64,000 nucleotides of DNA from Capsulimonadaceae bacterium (GTDB lineage Bacteria; Armatimonadota; Armatimonadia; Armatimonadales; Capsulimonadaceae): contig OZ244065.1 in the NCBI GenBank assembly GCA_965215505.1, positions 3,136,001 through 3,200,000 on the forward strand, read 5' to 3'. Shown one piece after another: positions 52,162 through 61,867 of the stretch. How positions within the stretch are numbered: position 1 is the stretch's first letter; each line of letters begins with the position of its first letter. The notes under the pieces were generated by a model, which saw only the letters and a list, made by a program, of their open reading frames with translations, had not been told where the DNA came from and did not search any database. A program made the translations under genes and the position numbers.

Positions 52162-53871
52162 CTAGAGACTCGCCCGCACGATCAGGGACAGAAGCACGGC
52201 GCAGAAAACGCACACGCCCGCGAAGCGCAGTTGTGCCCGCCACTCGGCCTGCGCGGGCGCGGGGACGACCCGCCCGTCGCCCGCCGCCGCCTGCTCCTGG
52301 CCCACGCCGGACGCCGCGACGCCCAGGCCCAGCACCAGCCACAGGAACAGCGAGGCCCCGGCGGACTGCCAGGAGGCGTCGCTGTAGGCTTCCACCGCCT
52401 GGCCCGCGACGGCGGCGAGGCAGCCGATCAGGACGCGGCGGTGGAGCGGGCTGTCCCCGGCCTTGACTTCCTCCGCCCGCCCGAGTGCGCGGCCCCCGCC
52501 GAGGAAGAAGAGCGCCAGGGCGACCGCCCAGAGGGCCAGCCCCGGCAGGCCCGTCTCGACCGCCATCTGGAGGTAGGCACTGCGGGCGCGGTCCGCCGCC
52601 GACGGGCCGTGGCGGCGGACGACGGCGGCGGCATCCCCCTGGTGAGTCCATCCCTCCTGGAACACCGCGTAACAGCCAAGCCCCCAGCCCAGGACCGGCC
52701 GCGCCGCGATCATCGCCAGCAAAGCCCGCGCGTCCTGACCGCCCTGCGGCGTCTCACCGCGCGCCGTACCCGAAGCCGCCCGCGAGACGCCGCGCAGGAA
52801 GCCGCCGAACGAAGCCGCCCGGAAGAAGCGTGCCGGCGAGCCGCCCGCATAGGGATGCGGGCGGACCGCAGCCGCGAGGCCGGCCCGCCCTTGACGCAGG
52901 GCGTCGCCGCCGCCCGGCGTCAGCGAGAGGAACACGGCGGCGGCGCAGAAGAGCGTGATACCGTAAAGCGCCGTGTTCCGGGCCATCCGCCGCCGCTCCG
53001 CCGCCGCCCGCTCGCCCCGCCTCCCCGTGCGGTGGCGGGCCTGGGAGCGTCTCGATGCCGCCGCATTCCGGGCAGCCTGGATGCGCGCCGCCAGTGTCAC
53101 TCCCCCGGACGGCCACACGCGGACGCCCAGCCGCCGGCAGGTCAAGCCGAGGACCAGGAAAGCGACCAGCGCGCCGCGCTCGGCGGGGTGCCAGCGCGCC
53201 AGCAGCAGGGCGAGGACGCCCAGCACGGCCGCCGCCTGCCCGGCCCCGCGCTGGCCTAACGTGCCGGGTGCCCCGGCGGACAGGGCGACGACCGGGAGCA
53301 GGAGCATCAGGAGCGCCCCGAAGGAGCGGTGGGTCAGTGCGCCCGCGTCCATGCCGCCCGTCAGGAGCAGGCTGCCGATGGCGAGCGCGGACACCAGCAG
53401 GGTCACGGCGTTCAGGACGTCCAGCGCCAGCCGGAAGTCGGCCCCCTTGCGGACGCGGGAGGCGACCGTCGCGTAGACCGCCAGGCCCGCCCCCAGGTGC
53501 AGGAACCCTTGGAGGGCCGCCGTCCCGCCGTGCGCGAGGGCGGCGGTCAGGGCACTCCACACCCCGAGGCACAGCAGCCAGGGCGTCGGCCCGCGCTTGG
53601 CGAAAGCCAGGGCGCGGCGCAGTCCCGGCCCATCGGCCCGCAGGAGCGCGGCGGCAAGCAGCAGGACGCCGCCCGCCTCGAAGGCCGCCCCGCTCGCGCC
53701 GTCCCACGGCAGCGCGGGCCGGGGGCCGGGGAGGAGCGGCACCGCCAGCGCCATCAGCAGTGCCAGCGTCAGGGGCGGGTTGTCGCGGAGCAGGAGCCAC
53801 GGGCTTGTCTTCTGCCGGCGGCTGGACCTACGAGGGGTTGTAATGGTCATTGCGCTTCCCGGCGCTGACAC
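52162..53871 (-). CDS. O-antigen ligase-like (Wzy_C) membrane protein
   Basis: Many TMs. RGALVA, MIAARPVLGWGLG, SAYLQMAVETGLPGL. Confidence 0.7.
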   Translation of the reverse strand: MSAPGSAMTITTPRRSSRRQKTSPWLLLRDNPPLTLALLMALAVPLLPGPRPALPWDGASGAAFEAGGVLLLAAALLRADGPGLRRALAFAKRGPTPWLLCLGVWSALTAALAHGGTAALQGFLHLGAGLAVYATVASRVRKGADFRLALDVLNAVTLLVSALAIGSLLLTGGMDAGALTHRSFGALLMLLLPVVALSAGAPGTLGQRGAGQAAAVLGVLALLLARWHPAERGALVAFLVLGLTCRRLGVRVWPSGGVTLAARIQAARNAAASRRSQARHRTGRRGERAAAERRRMARNTALYGITLFCAAAVFLSLTPGGGDALRQGRAGLAAAVRPHPYAGGSPARFFRAASFGGFLRGVSRAASGTARGETPQGGQDARALLAMIAARPVLGWGLGCYAVFQEGWTHQGDAAAVVRRHGPSAADRARSAYLQMAVETGLPGLALWAVALALFFLGGGRALGRAEEVKAGDSPLHRRVLIGCLAAVAGQAVEAYSDASWQSAGASLFLWLVLGLGVAASGVGQEQAAAGDGRVVPAPAQAEWRAQLRFAGVCVFCAVLLSLIVRASL

Positions 53872-54012
53872 CGCCCCTGTCCACTGAGGGGAACGGTGTG
53901 GGCACCAGACACATTATAACACGCATTTGCCGGCAGGGGATGAGTGAAAGTTGTTTCTGTCTTGCGGCGGGCGGGTCGAGGCGGGTGCCGGATCGGTGAG
54001 TCGGACGAGTCG

Positions 54013-54168
54013 GACGAGTGATTGAAATCACTCGCTAATCGGGACCTGTCCAGGGGACAGAAAAGGGGACGGACAGAAGAGGGGACGGACAGAAGACCGT
54101 GATGGCGGCCTCTGCCCCCTTGTCCCTTGGACAAATCGTGCCAAAGCGAGTGATTTCAATCACTCGTC
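54013..54168. repeat. REPIN-like element
   Basis: Perfect 24-bp inverted repeat at 54013-54036 and 54145-54168, each copy self-palindromic. Inner TGTCC..GGACA pair. Confidence 0.7.
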
Positions 54169-54227
54169 CTGATCCTCTCGTCCTGGCTCGCTCTAAATGA
54201 CGTGCCTCAGCGCCCAGTGCCAGTTGA

Positions 54228-54731
54228 TTAGTCTTCCTCTTCGGCCCACGCCAGCCCAATCGCGAGCCGGGTGACCATCACGACGCCGGTGTCGAACGTG
54301 CTTTCCGTGGCTGGATTGCAGCCGAGCATCGGCCTCAGATGCACGTCGTACATGGCCGGACCGTCCACGGCCTTGCCGTTCGTGAAGTATCGGTGCCGCT
54401 GCCCGGAAGTACCTCGCGCACAGGCGGTCATGAATCCCTCAGTCAGCCTTTTGGCTTCCCTCTCGTCCATGATCTCCGTCCGGTAGGCGAGACTCCTGGA
54501 AAGCATCCGTACCATGATCCATCGGGCCGTGTCGTGGTTGACTTCATTCCAGCCATCGCCGAGCGGTTCGAGTCGGTGTTCGGCGGCGAAGGCATCCAGC
54601 AGGGCCGTCACGTCACCATTGAAGACGGCTTGCAAGCCTCTGGAGAAGCCGTCGAGCGGCGGCTGCAAGCGCGAAATGCCGCAGCGGACGGCCTCCGGGT
54701 CGGCGTCAGACACGAACGAGGTCCCGGTCAC
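54228..54731 (-). CDS. hypothetical protein
   Basis: GTGA overlap with the upstream gene. NPATESTFDTGVV...W.EEED C-terminus. Confidence 0.6.
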   Translation of the reverse strand: MTGTSFVSDADPEAVRCGISRLQPPLDGFSRGLQAVFNGDVTALLDAFAAEHRLEPLGDGWNEVNHDTARWIMVRMLSRSLAYRTEIMDEREAKRLTEGFMTACARGTSGQRHRYFTNGKAVDGPAMYDVHLRPMLGCNPATESTFDTGVVMVTRLAIGLAWAEEED

Positions 54732-56662
54732 AGCCCCGTCCCCGGCGTGCCGCTGTAGAGGATGACCGGCGGGTCGGGCTGGCCCGACGCCTTGCGGGCG
54801 GCGTGCTGGCGGCGGACATCATCCAATAGCCCCGGCACGGACTGGGGCGGGGCGGCGGGGGCGGAGAAGGCGGCGGTGAAGGTGGGCCAGAACTGGTCTA
54901 TATTGTGGGAGTAGTCGAAGACCATGACGCCCTGGGTGGAGGCCGTCGCCGCCTGCAAGGCGCGGGCCAGAAGCTCGGGGTGGCCGTTGTAGTTGGACAG
55001 GGCGATGCCCGCATAAACGAAGGTCTGGTCGTTGACGGCGCGGTTGGAGAACTGGCCCGCCGCCTCGACGCTCTCGCCCGCCGGTCTACCCGCCGCGATG
55101 GCGTCGGCCACCGTGGCGGGCGGGTAGTAGCAGCCCGTGGTCAGCCAGTCGATCAGCCCGGCGAAGCCGGTCTTCTGGTAGGTGGGGGTCAGGAAGCGCA
55201 GGCCCGCCGAGAAGTCGTCCGCGCCCCAGTTGGAGCCTAAAGTCGGGTACTCGGGATACCAGGACCCGGCATAGACGCTGACCTGGGCGGCCGGCCGGAT
55301 GGCCTTGACGGTGGCGACGGCCGAGGCCAGCCAGTTGCGGATGGTCAGGGTGCGGAAGACCAGCCAGGCGTCATAGTCCGGGCCGGGGACGATGCGTTTG
55401 GCGAGCGACGGGTAGGCCACCTGATAGGAAAACACGTCATCGGGCCAGCGGACGGGGTGGCCGACGTAGGCTTCAAACTGGGCGTGGGTGATCGGGCTGA
55501 AGTCGGCGTTCGCGCCCGCGTAGCGCATCCGGTCATCAAAGATGACGCCGTCCACCTGGTAGCCGCGCACGACCTCGGCGACCATGGACAGGATGCGGGT
55601 CTGGACGGCCGGGTCGTTCGGGTTGACCATCAGCGGCACCTGCTGCTCGGGCCGGGCGCTAATCGGGACGAAGGCCGAGTTGGTGAGCATCGAAACCTGC
55701 GCGCCGACCGGGGCGAAGCGCCGCAGCCAGTCCCCCGCCGCCCCGCCGCCGACCAGGGCGCTGCCGCCGGGCGGGACAGTGGCGGAGATGGAGGCCAGCG
55801 CCGCGCCATCTGCCAAAGCGACCACGCGCAGGTCGGCGTTCACCAGGGCCACGACGCTTCCCGGCACCGCCTTCATGCTTGCGGTCTCGGTGTAGGCCGC
55901 CAGCAGGTCCGGCGTCCGGGGCGGAACATTCGCCCGGTCCGACAGGCCGTAGGGGGACGCGCCGGCCGCGTTGGACATGACGCTCAGGGCCGGCTCACAG
56001 AGCGTCGTCTGCCACTCGGGGTGCGTGTACCCCGGACCGTACTTGACGTCCCGGTGGCCCTCGCTGAAGACGTTCATGCTCGCGACGATCTGGAGGCCCT
56101 GAGCGTGGGCCTGGGCGACCATAGCGGCCAGCGGATCAAAGTCGGCGGGCAGGGTCTTCCCGTTCAGCCAGGTCGTCAGCTTGGGCGCATACTTGCTGGG
56201 GTAGAGGGTGTAGCCGACGATGGGCTTGACGTCCATGACGATGGTGTTGAAGCCCGCCTTCTTGACCAGGCCGACCAGTGTCGCGATCTTCTCCTGGCTG
56301 TTGGTCCGGTTCAGGTTCGCGGTGGCATCCACCCAGATGACGCGCGCCTGCGCTCCCTTCGCCCGCGCCGCCTGCTGCGCGATGCCGACGCCGTTGTTGG
56401 CCTCGTCGAGTTGGACGGCCGGGATGCCTTTCAGCGGCACATAGGCCGGGGCGGCGACCGGGGCGGGCACGGCCAGCGGCGGCGCGACCGTGACGGGGGG
56501 AGGGCTGTTCGGGGGCGCGGGCAGCGTTATGTCCGGCGGCGGGACTGAGATCGGTGCCCCTCCGACGGGCGGGGCGGGGACCTGTGCGGCCAGCGGGCCG
56601 CCGGCGAGTGCATTCATTCCGAGGCCGAGCGCAAGCGCGGCGATCCAGTTCGGGCGGGTCAA
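54728..56662 (-). CDS. GHL10/DUF187-like glycoside hydrolase, exported, Pro-rich linker
   Basis: GAAGGA RBS, TTG start. AGFNTIVMDVKP..G.TLYPS, DPLA.MV..AH..GL, NP.DP.VQ, VDGVIFDD.MRY. Confidence 0.8.
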   Translation of the reverse strand: MTRPNWIAALALGLGMNALAGGPLAAQVPAPPVGGAPISVPPPDITLPAPPNSPPPVTVAPPLAVPAPVAAPAYVPLKGIPAVQLDEANNGVGIAQQAARAKGAQARVIWVDATANLNRTNSQEKIATLVGLVKKAGFNTIVMDVKPIVGYTLYPSKYAPKLTTWLNGKTLPADFDPLAAMVAQAHAQGLQIVASMNVFSEGHRDVKYGPGYTHPEWQTTLCEPALSVMSNAAGASPYGLSDRANVPPRTPDLLAAYTETASMKAVPGSVVALVNADLRVVALADGAALASISATVPPGGSALVGGGAAGDWLRRFAPVGAQVSMLTNSAFVPISARPEQQVPLMVNPNDPAVQTRILSMVAEVVRGYQVDGVIFDDRMRYAGANADFSPITHAQFEAYVGHPVRWPDDVFSYQVAYPSLAKRIVPGPDYDAWLVFRTLTIRNWLASAVATVKAIRPAAQVSVYAGSWYPEYPTLGSNWGADDFSAGLRFLTPTYQKTGFAGLIDWLTTGCYYPPATVADAIAAGRPAGESVEAAGQFSNRAVNDQTFVYAGIALSNYNGHPELLARALQAATASTQGVMVFDYSHNIDQFWPTFTAAFSAPAAPPQSVPGLLDDVRRQHAARKASGQPDPPVILYSGTPGTGL

Positions 56663-56769
56663 GGCATGTCCTTCAAGCAGCCCCGGCGGCTTCGAGGGGT
56701 CCAGAAAGCGCGTCGGGGTGGCGTGGGCGTTGGACTCATTATAGCACACGGCGAGCGGGGGGTAGGCAG

Positions 56770-56799
56770 AAAAAAGCGGCAGCCCATCAGGCTGCCGCT
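56770..56799 (-). terminator. intrinsic terminator
   Basis: AAAAAAGCGGCAGCC-catca-GGCTGCCGCT. Confidence 0.7.
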
Positions 56800-56819
56800 C
56801 TCAGTCTTCTGTATTCGCC

Positions 56820-57185
56820 CTAATAGGCGGGGGGCGTGATCGCCGGGCCGACGAGGGGCGACAGCGCGGGCGGGGCGAGTGAGTAGATGTTCGCGTTGGC
56901 GTCCATGGCCGAGTCGCCGATGTCGGCGATGATCTGCGCGGCCTCTTTCCAAAACTTCGCGAGGAAGAAGGTCAGTGCGGCGAAGGCGGCCCCGATGAGA
57001 AGGACGATGAACCCGGCGAAGCCGTACTGGCTCATCAGGGTGATCCCGCCGATGATCGCCCCCAGCCCTTGAAGGCCCGCGATGATCATCAGGATGGTCG
57101 TAATGATCCCGATGATGCCCCGGTAGGTGGGGTAGGCCGTGTTGGCACGAATGGCGTTCACATGCGCCTGTTTCCCTGTGTCCAT
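56820..57185 (-). CDS. small two-TM membrane protein
   Basis: YPTYR followed by two hydrophobic helices, then EAAQIIADIGD. Confidence 0.7.
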   Translation of the reverse strand: MDTGKQAHVNAIRANTAYPTYRGIIGIITTILMIIAGLQGLGAIIGGITLMSQYGFAGFIVLLIGAAFAALTFFLAKFWKEAAQIIADIGDSAMDANANIYSLAPPALSPLVGPAITPPAY

Positions 57186-57325
57186 GGTTGTTGGTGTTCC
57201 TTGAAGATGTGCTTGCAGCGTGAGAAATGTTTACAGCTTGCCTTCCTGGATCGTTTGCGGGGTGTCATGTCCCCTTTCTCTATGTCTCCTTCCTCATGGC
57301 GTTCCGTTCGGCGCTCATTCCGTGG

Positions 57326-59476
57326 CTACCTGGCCTCCTGCGCCTTCATGACCTGGGCGATGTCGGCCCGGTGGTTCTGGGCGGCATAGTCCAGCGCGCT
57401 CTTCCCCCGGCTGTCTTTGGCGTGGCTGTCCGCGTGATGCGCCAGCAGCAGTGTCACCATCTCGGCCTGCCCCGCCTGGGCGGCGAGCATCAGCGCGGTC
57501 TGCCCGGACAGCGGCTTCGGCTTCTTGGCGAACAGGCCGCTGATCGCGCTGCCGATATCCACCTGGTAGCCGTTCGCGGTCTTGTGGAGGATGCTGTTGC
57601 TGTCCGCCGCGCCGGATTTGCCGCCCTGCTCGGTCGCGCGGCTCGCGTCCGCCCCCTTCTCCAGCAGCACCTGCACGACATCGGCGTGCGAGAGCGAGGC
57701 CGCCGTGACGATGGCCGGGAAGCCCTCGCCGTCCTTGACGTTGATGTCCGCGCCCCGGTCGAGTTCGGTTTGGATGCGCTGGGCCATGTCGCTCGGGGCG
57801 TAGTGGCCGGTGTTGAGCGTCACCATGAGCTGCAAGAAGGCCGCGTTCTCCTGCTGCGGATCGAGCCGGGGCTGAGGGCCGACGGGCGGCGCGGCCAGCG
57901 CCGGGTGGTCCTGCGTGAATTGTATCCCCGGCACTTGCGGGGCCGCGCCGGGCGCTGCCACCGTGCCTACATCCAGAGTAAGCACCTTCTTACGCTTCGG
58001 CGGGTTGGCCGAATACTCATACGCCCCAATACTGGGCGGGCTGGGGCGCTTCTGCCCGTCGGCGTCGGTCGTGACGCCGGGGTCGGGCTTGGCGTTAGAG
58101 TTGTTGGGATCGGCCTTGGCGGGTCCAATCGTGATGCCTGCGCCCCGGCAGGGGGAACCAGCTTGTAGGTGCAGGTCGCCGTTGGCGGCGTCTGCGAAGC
58201 CAGGGTTGGCCTTGATGTTGCCGGTCCCGCTCAGGCCACCTTGAATGTCGCAGTAGGTCACGGTCGTCGTTTGGTTGCCGTCCGCAGGCGTCCCTATTTC
58301 GGCGGCGTTTGCTGCGGTATTGCCCCAAAGAATATCATTCGTTAGGATCGCTGTGGCATCATTTTCCAAACCGCCGCCTTGAGCTATGGTTCGGGCATCT
58401 GTTGACGCTTTAGCGATGTTCCCCGATATACTGCAAAAACGGATAATGGCGTGGCCTGTATTTAGCAGGCCACCGCCATTGCCTGTAGCAGTATTACTAG
58501 AAATGATGCAGTTGGTTAGTATCAAAGAACTACGATTGGAAATACCGCCGCCTCTATCACTGGTGTTGTCAGTGAATGTGCAGCCGGTCACGATCAAGAC
58601 TCCAGGACCAAATAGATTTTCATTCTCTACGCCACCACCACTGCCGTTACTAGTGTTGCCGATGAAGGCGCATTTAACTACTGTAGCGGTGCCACCATTG
58701 TTCATGCCGCCCCCATAGCTACCACAAATGTTACTGGCGAAGGTGCAATCGATCAGCGTTGCCGTACCAGCATTATTAACACCGCCGCCGTATTCGCTTT
58801 TGTTGTTAGTAAAGGTACAGCCGGTCAGCATCGCCGTGCAGCCGTTGCCGTTTAAAACGGCACCGCCGCTGTATTCGCTTTTGTTATTAGTGAAGGTACA
58901 GCCGGTTAGGGTCGCTGCACCACGGTTGGAAACGCAACCGTTAGAGTTGCTAAGGAAAAGGCAGTCGGTTAAGGTAGCCGTACCGCCGTTGAAAACGCAG
59001 CCGCCGGTGTTATCTCTGAAGCCACACTTGTTGAGCTTAATCGTACAGTCCCCAACTCTCACAGCGGCTTGGCTATTTCCATTCTTGATCGTCAAGCCGT
59101 CCAAAAGGATATTCTTCTCCTTGCTGTGGAAGTTGAAAGCATAATGCTGTGCCTCTTGTGTACCCTGGCAGTCAATGATCGCCTTGCCCGGACCGGACTG
59201 CGACACAATGCTCAGGCTCTTCCCCGCGAAGTCTATGTCTCGGTTGCCGTTGCCCTGATAGATGGCGTAGGCCAGGGCGATGGTGTCGCCGGTGGACGCA
59301 TTGTTGACGGCGGCCTGGATCGTCTTGTAGGGCGAAGCGATGGCACCGGAGTTGTCGTCGCTGCCTTTCGGCGAGACGTAGAGCGTGGCGGCGCGTACCG
59401 GCAGAGTGAGGGCGCAGAGCAGGAGGGCGCAGAGGATGAGTGCGGGAAGCGGGCGAACGGGGGCGAAGGTGAGCAT
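57326..59476 (-). CDS. exported parallel beta-helix protein with C-terminal ankyrin repeats
   Basis: AGGAG RBS and signal peptide. YVSPKGSD..SG...PYKTIQAA, CTF..N...GGG repeats, IGAYE, then GADINVKD..G and GQTALMLAA..G..EMV.LLL. Confidence 0.85.
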   Translation of the reverse strand: MLTFAPVRPLPALILCALLLCALTLPVRAATLYVSPKGSDDNSGAIASPYKTIQAAVNNASTGDTIALAYAIYQGNGNRDIDFAGKSLSIVSQSGPGKAIIDCQGTQEAQHYAFNFHSKEKNILLDGLTIKNGNSQAAVRVGDCTIKLNKCGFRDNTGGCVFNGGTATLTDCLFLSNSNGCVSNRGAATLTGCTFTNNKSEYSGGAVLNGNGCTAMLTGCTFTNNKSEYGGGVNNAGTATLIDCTFASNICGSYGGGMNNGGTATVVKCAFIGNTSNGSGGGVENENLFGPGVLIVTGCTFTDNTSDRGGGISNRSSLILTNCIISSNTATGNGGGLLNTGHAIIRFCSISGNIAKASTDARTIAQGGGLENDATAILTNDILWGNTAANAAEIGTPADGNQTTTVTYCDIQGGLSGTGNIKANPGFADAANGDLHLQAGSPCRGAGITIGPAKADPNNSNAKPDPGVTTDADGQKRPSPPSIGAYEYSANPPKRKKVLTLDVGTVAAPGAAPQVPGIQFTQDHPALAAPPVGPQPRLDPQQENAAFLQLMVTLNTGHYAPSDMAQRIQTELDRGADINVKDGEGFPAIVTAASLSHADVVQVLLEKGADASRATEQGGKSGAADSNSILHKTANGYQVDIGSAISGLFAKKPKPLSGQTALMLAAQAGQAEMVTLLLAHHADSHAKDSRGKSALDYAAQNHRADIAQVMKAQEAR

Positions 59477-59647
59477 TTCTTTCTCCTGTTGCGGAACGGC
59501 GGGACGCGGCGGCAACCCACTAAAGGGCCAGGAACAACGGTGCATCAGGTGGCGCGCATTGACCGCAGCAGTGCGGGCGGAGGGACGGGAGCGAGATCGG
59601 GTAGTGCAGTGTTCGCGGCGGTGGTGCAAGGAAGGCCGGAACGCTGT

Positions 59648-59677
59648 ATTCTATCACACGGGCGGGCGTCCTGTCAA
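59648..59677 (-). promoter_or_regulatory. sigma70-type promoter
   Basis: TTGACA-18-TAGAAT with TG. Confidence 0.6.
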
Positions 59678-59735
59678 CATATGGCGCAGGGGTTTTGCCG
59701 GCCTTTTTGTGCGGGCTTGTCGGCCCCGGAAGATA

Positions 59736-59905
59736 CCACGGGTTGAAACCCGAGGCTGAGGAAGGCCCACCGTCCAAGGGACGTTACGAGGATGTGGCAG
59801 GGAAGGGATAGGAGGGCGGGGGGACCCCGCCCCTACGCGCTTGTGTTCTGCTTCTTGCGTCCCCTGGACGCTGGGCTTTTCGGTGCCTCGGGTTTCAACC
59901 CGTGG
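59736..59905. repeat. REPIN-like element with a central GTAG REP
   Basis: Perfect 21-bp inverted repeat CCACGGGTTGAAACCCGAGGC / GCCTCGGGTTTCAACCCGTGG. Inner CGTCC..GGACG pair and a REP at 59813-59836. Confidence 0.7.
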
Positions 59906-59990
59906 CGTGAGGCCCCCACGCGATGTTTGTGAGGTACACTAAGGCCAGGACGCGGCGGCGCAAGCGACGGCCCCGCGCGGGAGCAAACCG

Positions 59991-61205
59991 ATGGACGGCA
60001 AGCGGCTACTACATTCTTTGAGGTTCGAAAACTTCCTGTCCTACGGCCCGGAAGGCGTTCAACTGGAGCTAGAGCCTCTGAACATCCTGATCGGTCAGAA
60101 TGCGTCGGGGAAGTCGAATCTCATCCAGGCGATTGAACTGCTTCGTGCCGCGTCCAACGGTCTTGCCGCTTTCCTGAGACAAGGCGGCGGTGTCGTCGAG
60201 TGGCTTTACAAAGGTGGAAGAAATTTAGCGACGGCGGAGGTTGCCGCGTCGGTGGATTATCCTGCGTTGGATGACCAGTTGCAGCATATTCTGTCATTCA
60301 CAGTAGACGGCCAACAGCTAGAAATCGTTGACGAGGCAGTCAACAGCACTATCGTCAGCAAAAGGCCAGGGATGCCTACCGTCTACTACAGTTACGGGCA
60401 TGGCGAGCCGGCTGTAGCGGTGCGGGTGAGTACCGTCAGTGGGTATGAAGAGACCCCAACGCTACGATGGGGGAAACAGCCAATTACCGGCATCAAGCCT
60501 GATGCGTCTATACTCTCGCAGCGGACTGACCCTGATGTCTATCCCCAGTTCAACTATTTGGCGGAACAGTATCGGGCCATCAAAGTCTACCGCGACTTCA
60601 GCTTGGAGGGGCAAAACTCCATGCGTCGCCCGCAACTGGCTGATCTGCCTGCGGATTTCTTGGAGGAAGACGGGCGCAACCTCAGCCTCGTCCTTTCCCG
60701 CCTGCAACACTGGGGCCTTTTGGAAACCATTAGCGAGAAGCTGAGGGCAGTTTATGAGGATGTAGACAGGATCAGCGTCAACCTCGACGGCGGTACGGTG
60801 CAGACGTACATCTACGAGCGCGGCATGAGCAGCGCGATCCCCGCCGCGCGGCTGTCTGACGGGACGTTGCGCTACCTGTGCCTGCTGGCGATCCTGTACC
60901 ACCCCACCCCGCCGCCGCTCATTTGCCTGGAGGAGCCGGAGATCGGGCTGCACCCGGACCTCATTTCCGGCCTCGCCAAGATGCTGAAGGAAGCATCACA
61001 ACGTACCCAACTTATCGTGACCACACACTCCGACTTGCTGGTTTCCAAGTTCAGCGACACGCCGGAGGCGGTCGTCGTCTGTGAGCGGACGCCAAACGGA
61101 ACCACTCTGGAGCGGCTGGATACAAGCAAGCTAGGCTTCTGGCTGGAAGAATACTCGCTGGGCGAGGTCTGGATGAAAGGCGCTATCGGGGGAACGCGCT
61201 GGTGA
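59991..61205 (+). CDS. AAA_21-like ABC-type ATPase
   Basis: GQNASGKSN, LSDGTLR, CLEEPE.GLHP, IVTTHS. Confidence 0.88.
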   Translation: MDGKRLLHSLRFENFLSYGPEGVQLELEPLNILIGQNASGKSNLIQAIELLRAASNGLAAFLRQGGGVVEWLYKGGRNLATAEVAASVDYPALDDQLQHILSFTVDGQQLEIVDEAVNSTIVSKRPGMPTVYYSYGHGEPAVAVRVSTVSGYEETPTLRWGKQPITGIKPDASILSQRTDPDVYPQFNYLAEQYRAIKVYRDFSLEGQNSMRRPQLADLPADFLEEDGRNLSLVLSRLQHWGLLETISEKLRAVYEDVDRISVNLDGGTVQTYIYERGMSSAIPAARLSDGTLRYLCLLAILYHPTPPPLICLEEPEIGLHPDLISGLAKMLKEASQRTQLIVTTHSDLLVSKFSDTPEAVVVCERTPNGTTLERLDTSKLGFWLEEYSLGEVWMKGAIGGTRW

Positions 61206-61861
61206 CTCTGATAGTGTTCCATGTTGAAGGCGGCATCAGCAAAAATCAAGATGGCGAGATGCGGGAGGGCTTCCGTAAATTCTTTGCCGAACTTGACGGA
61301 TCGGTCAGAAGTAAAGGCAACCGGATTCAGTTCGTCCCGGTTGGCCCGCGCCTTCAGGCTTACAACCACTTTCGCGCCGCTCTCAAGAGTGAGCCGGAGG
61401 CATATCATGTACCCCTGGTGGACTCGGAAGACCTGGTAGCGCAGTGGGGTAAATGCTGGCGACATCTTCGTGAGCGTCGGGGTGACGGGTGGAAGAAACC
61501 TGCCGGTGTGACGGACGCGCACTGTCACTTGATGGTGCAGGCGATAGAAGCCTGGCTTTTTGCCGATCTGGAAGCCCTCGAAGGGTATTACAAGCAGGGC
61601 TTTCAGGCGGGCAGCCTGCCGAAGCGGCGGCATGTGGAGGAGGTTCCAAAGAGCCAGCACATTCCGGCCCTGGAAGCAGCGACACGCCATTCACAGAAAG
61701 GCCTTTACCACAAGACACGGCACCTGCCGGACCTGCTTGGTGAGATTGACGTTGCAAAAGTCCGTGAGCGCGCCTGGCACTGCGACCGCATCTTTGTCAC
61801 GCTGTCGAGAAGACTCGGGACGGAACTGCCGCCGCTTTGCACATTACAGCCGGAGCCGTGA
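61202..61861 (+). CDS. DUF4276-like (TOPRIM/RloB-like) protein
   Basis: VEGG, LVDSE, MVQAIEAWLFAD, Y.K..H. GTGA overlap with the ATPase. Confidence 0.75.
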   Translation: MTLIVFHVEGGISKNQDGEMREGFRKFFAELDGSVRSKGNRIQFVPVGPRLQAYNHFRAALKSEPEAYHVPLVDSEDLVAQWGKCWRHLRERRGDGWKKPAGVTDAHCHLMVQAIEAWLFADLEALEGYYKQGFQAGSLPKRRHVEEVPKSQHIPALEAATRHSQKGLYHKTRHLPDLLGEIDVAKVRERAWHCDRIFVTLSRRLGTELPPLCTLQPEP

Positions 61862-61867
61862 GTGTGC

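Noticed and set aside
59477-59640. Riboswitch in the long leader of the beta-helix/ankyrin gene
   Set aside because: I could not match a known consensus by eye. An Rfam cmscan would be needed.
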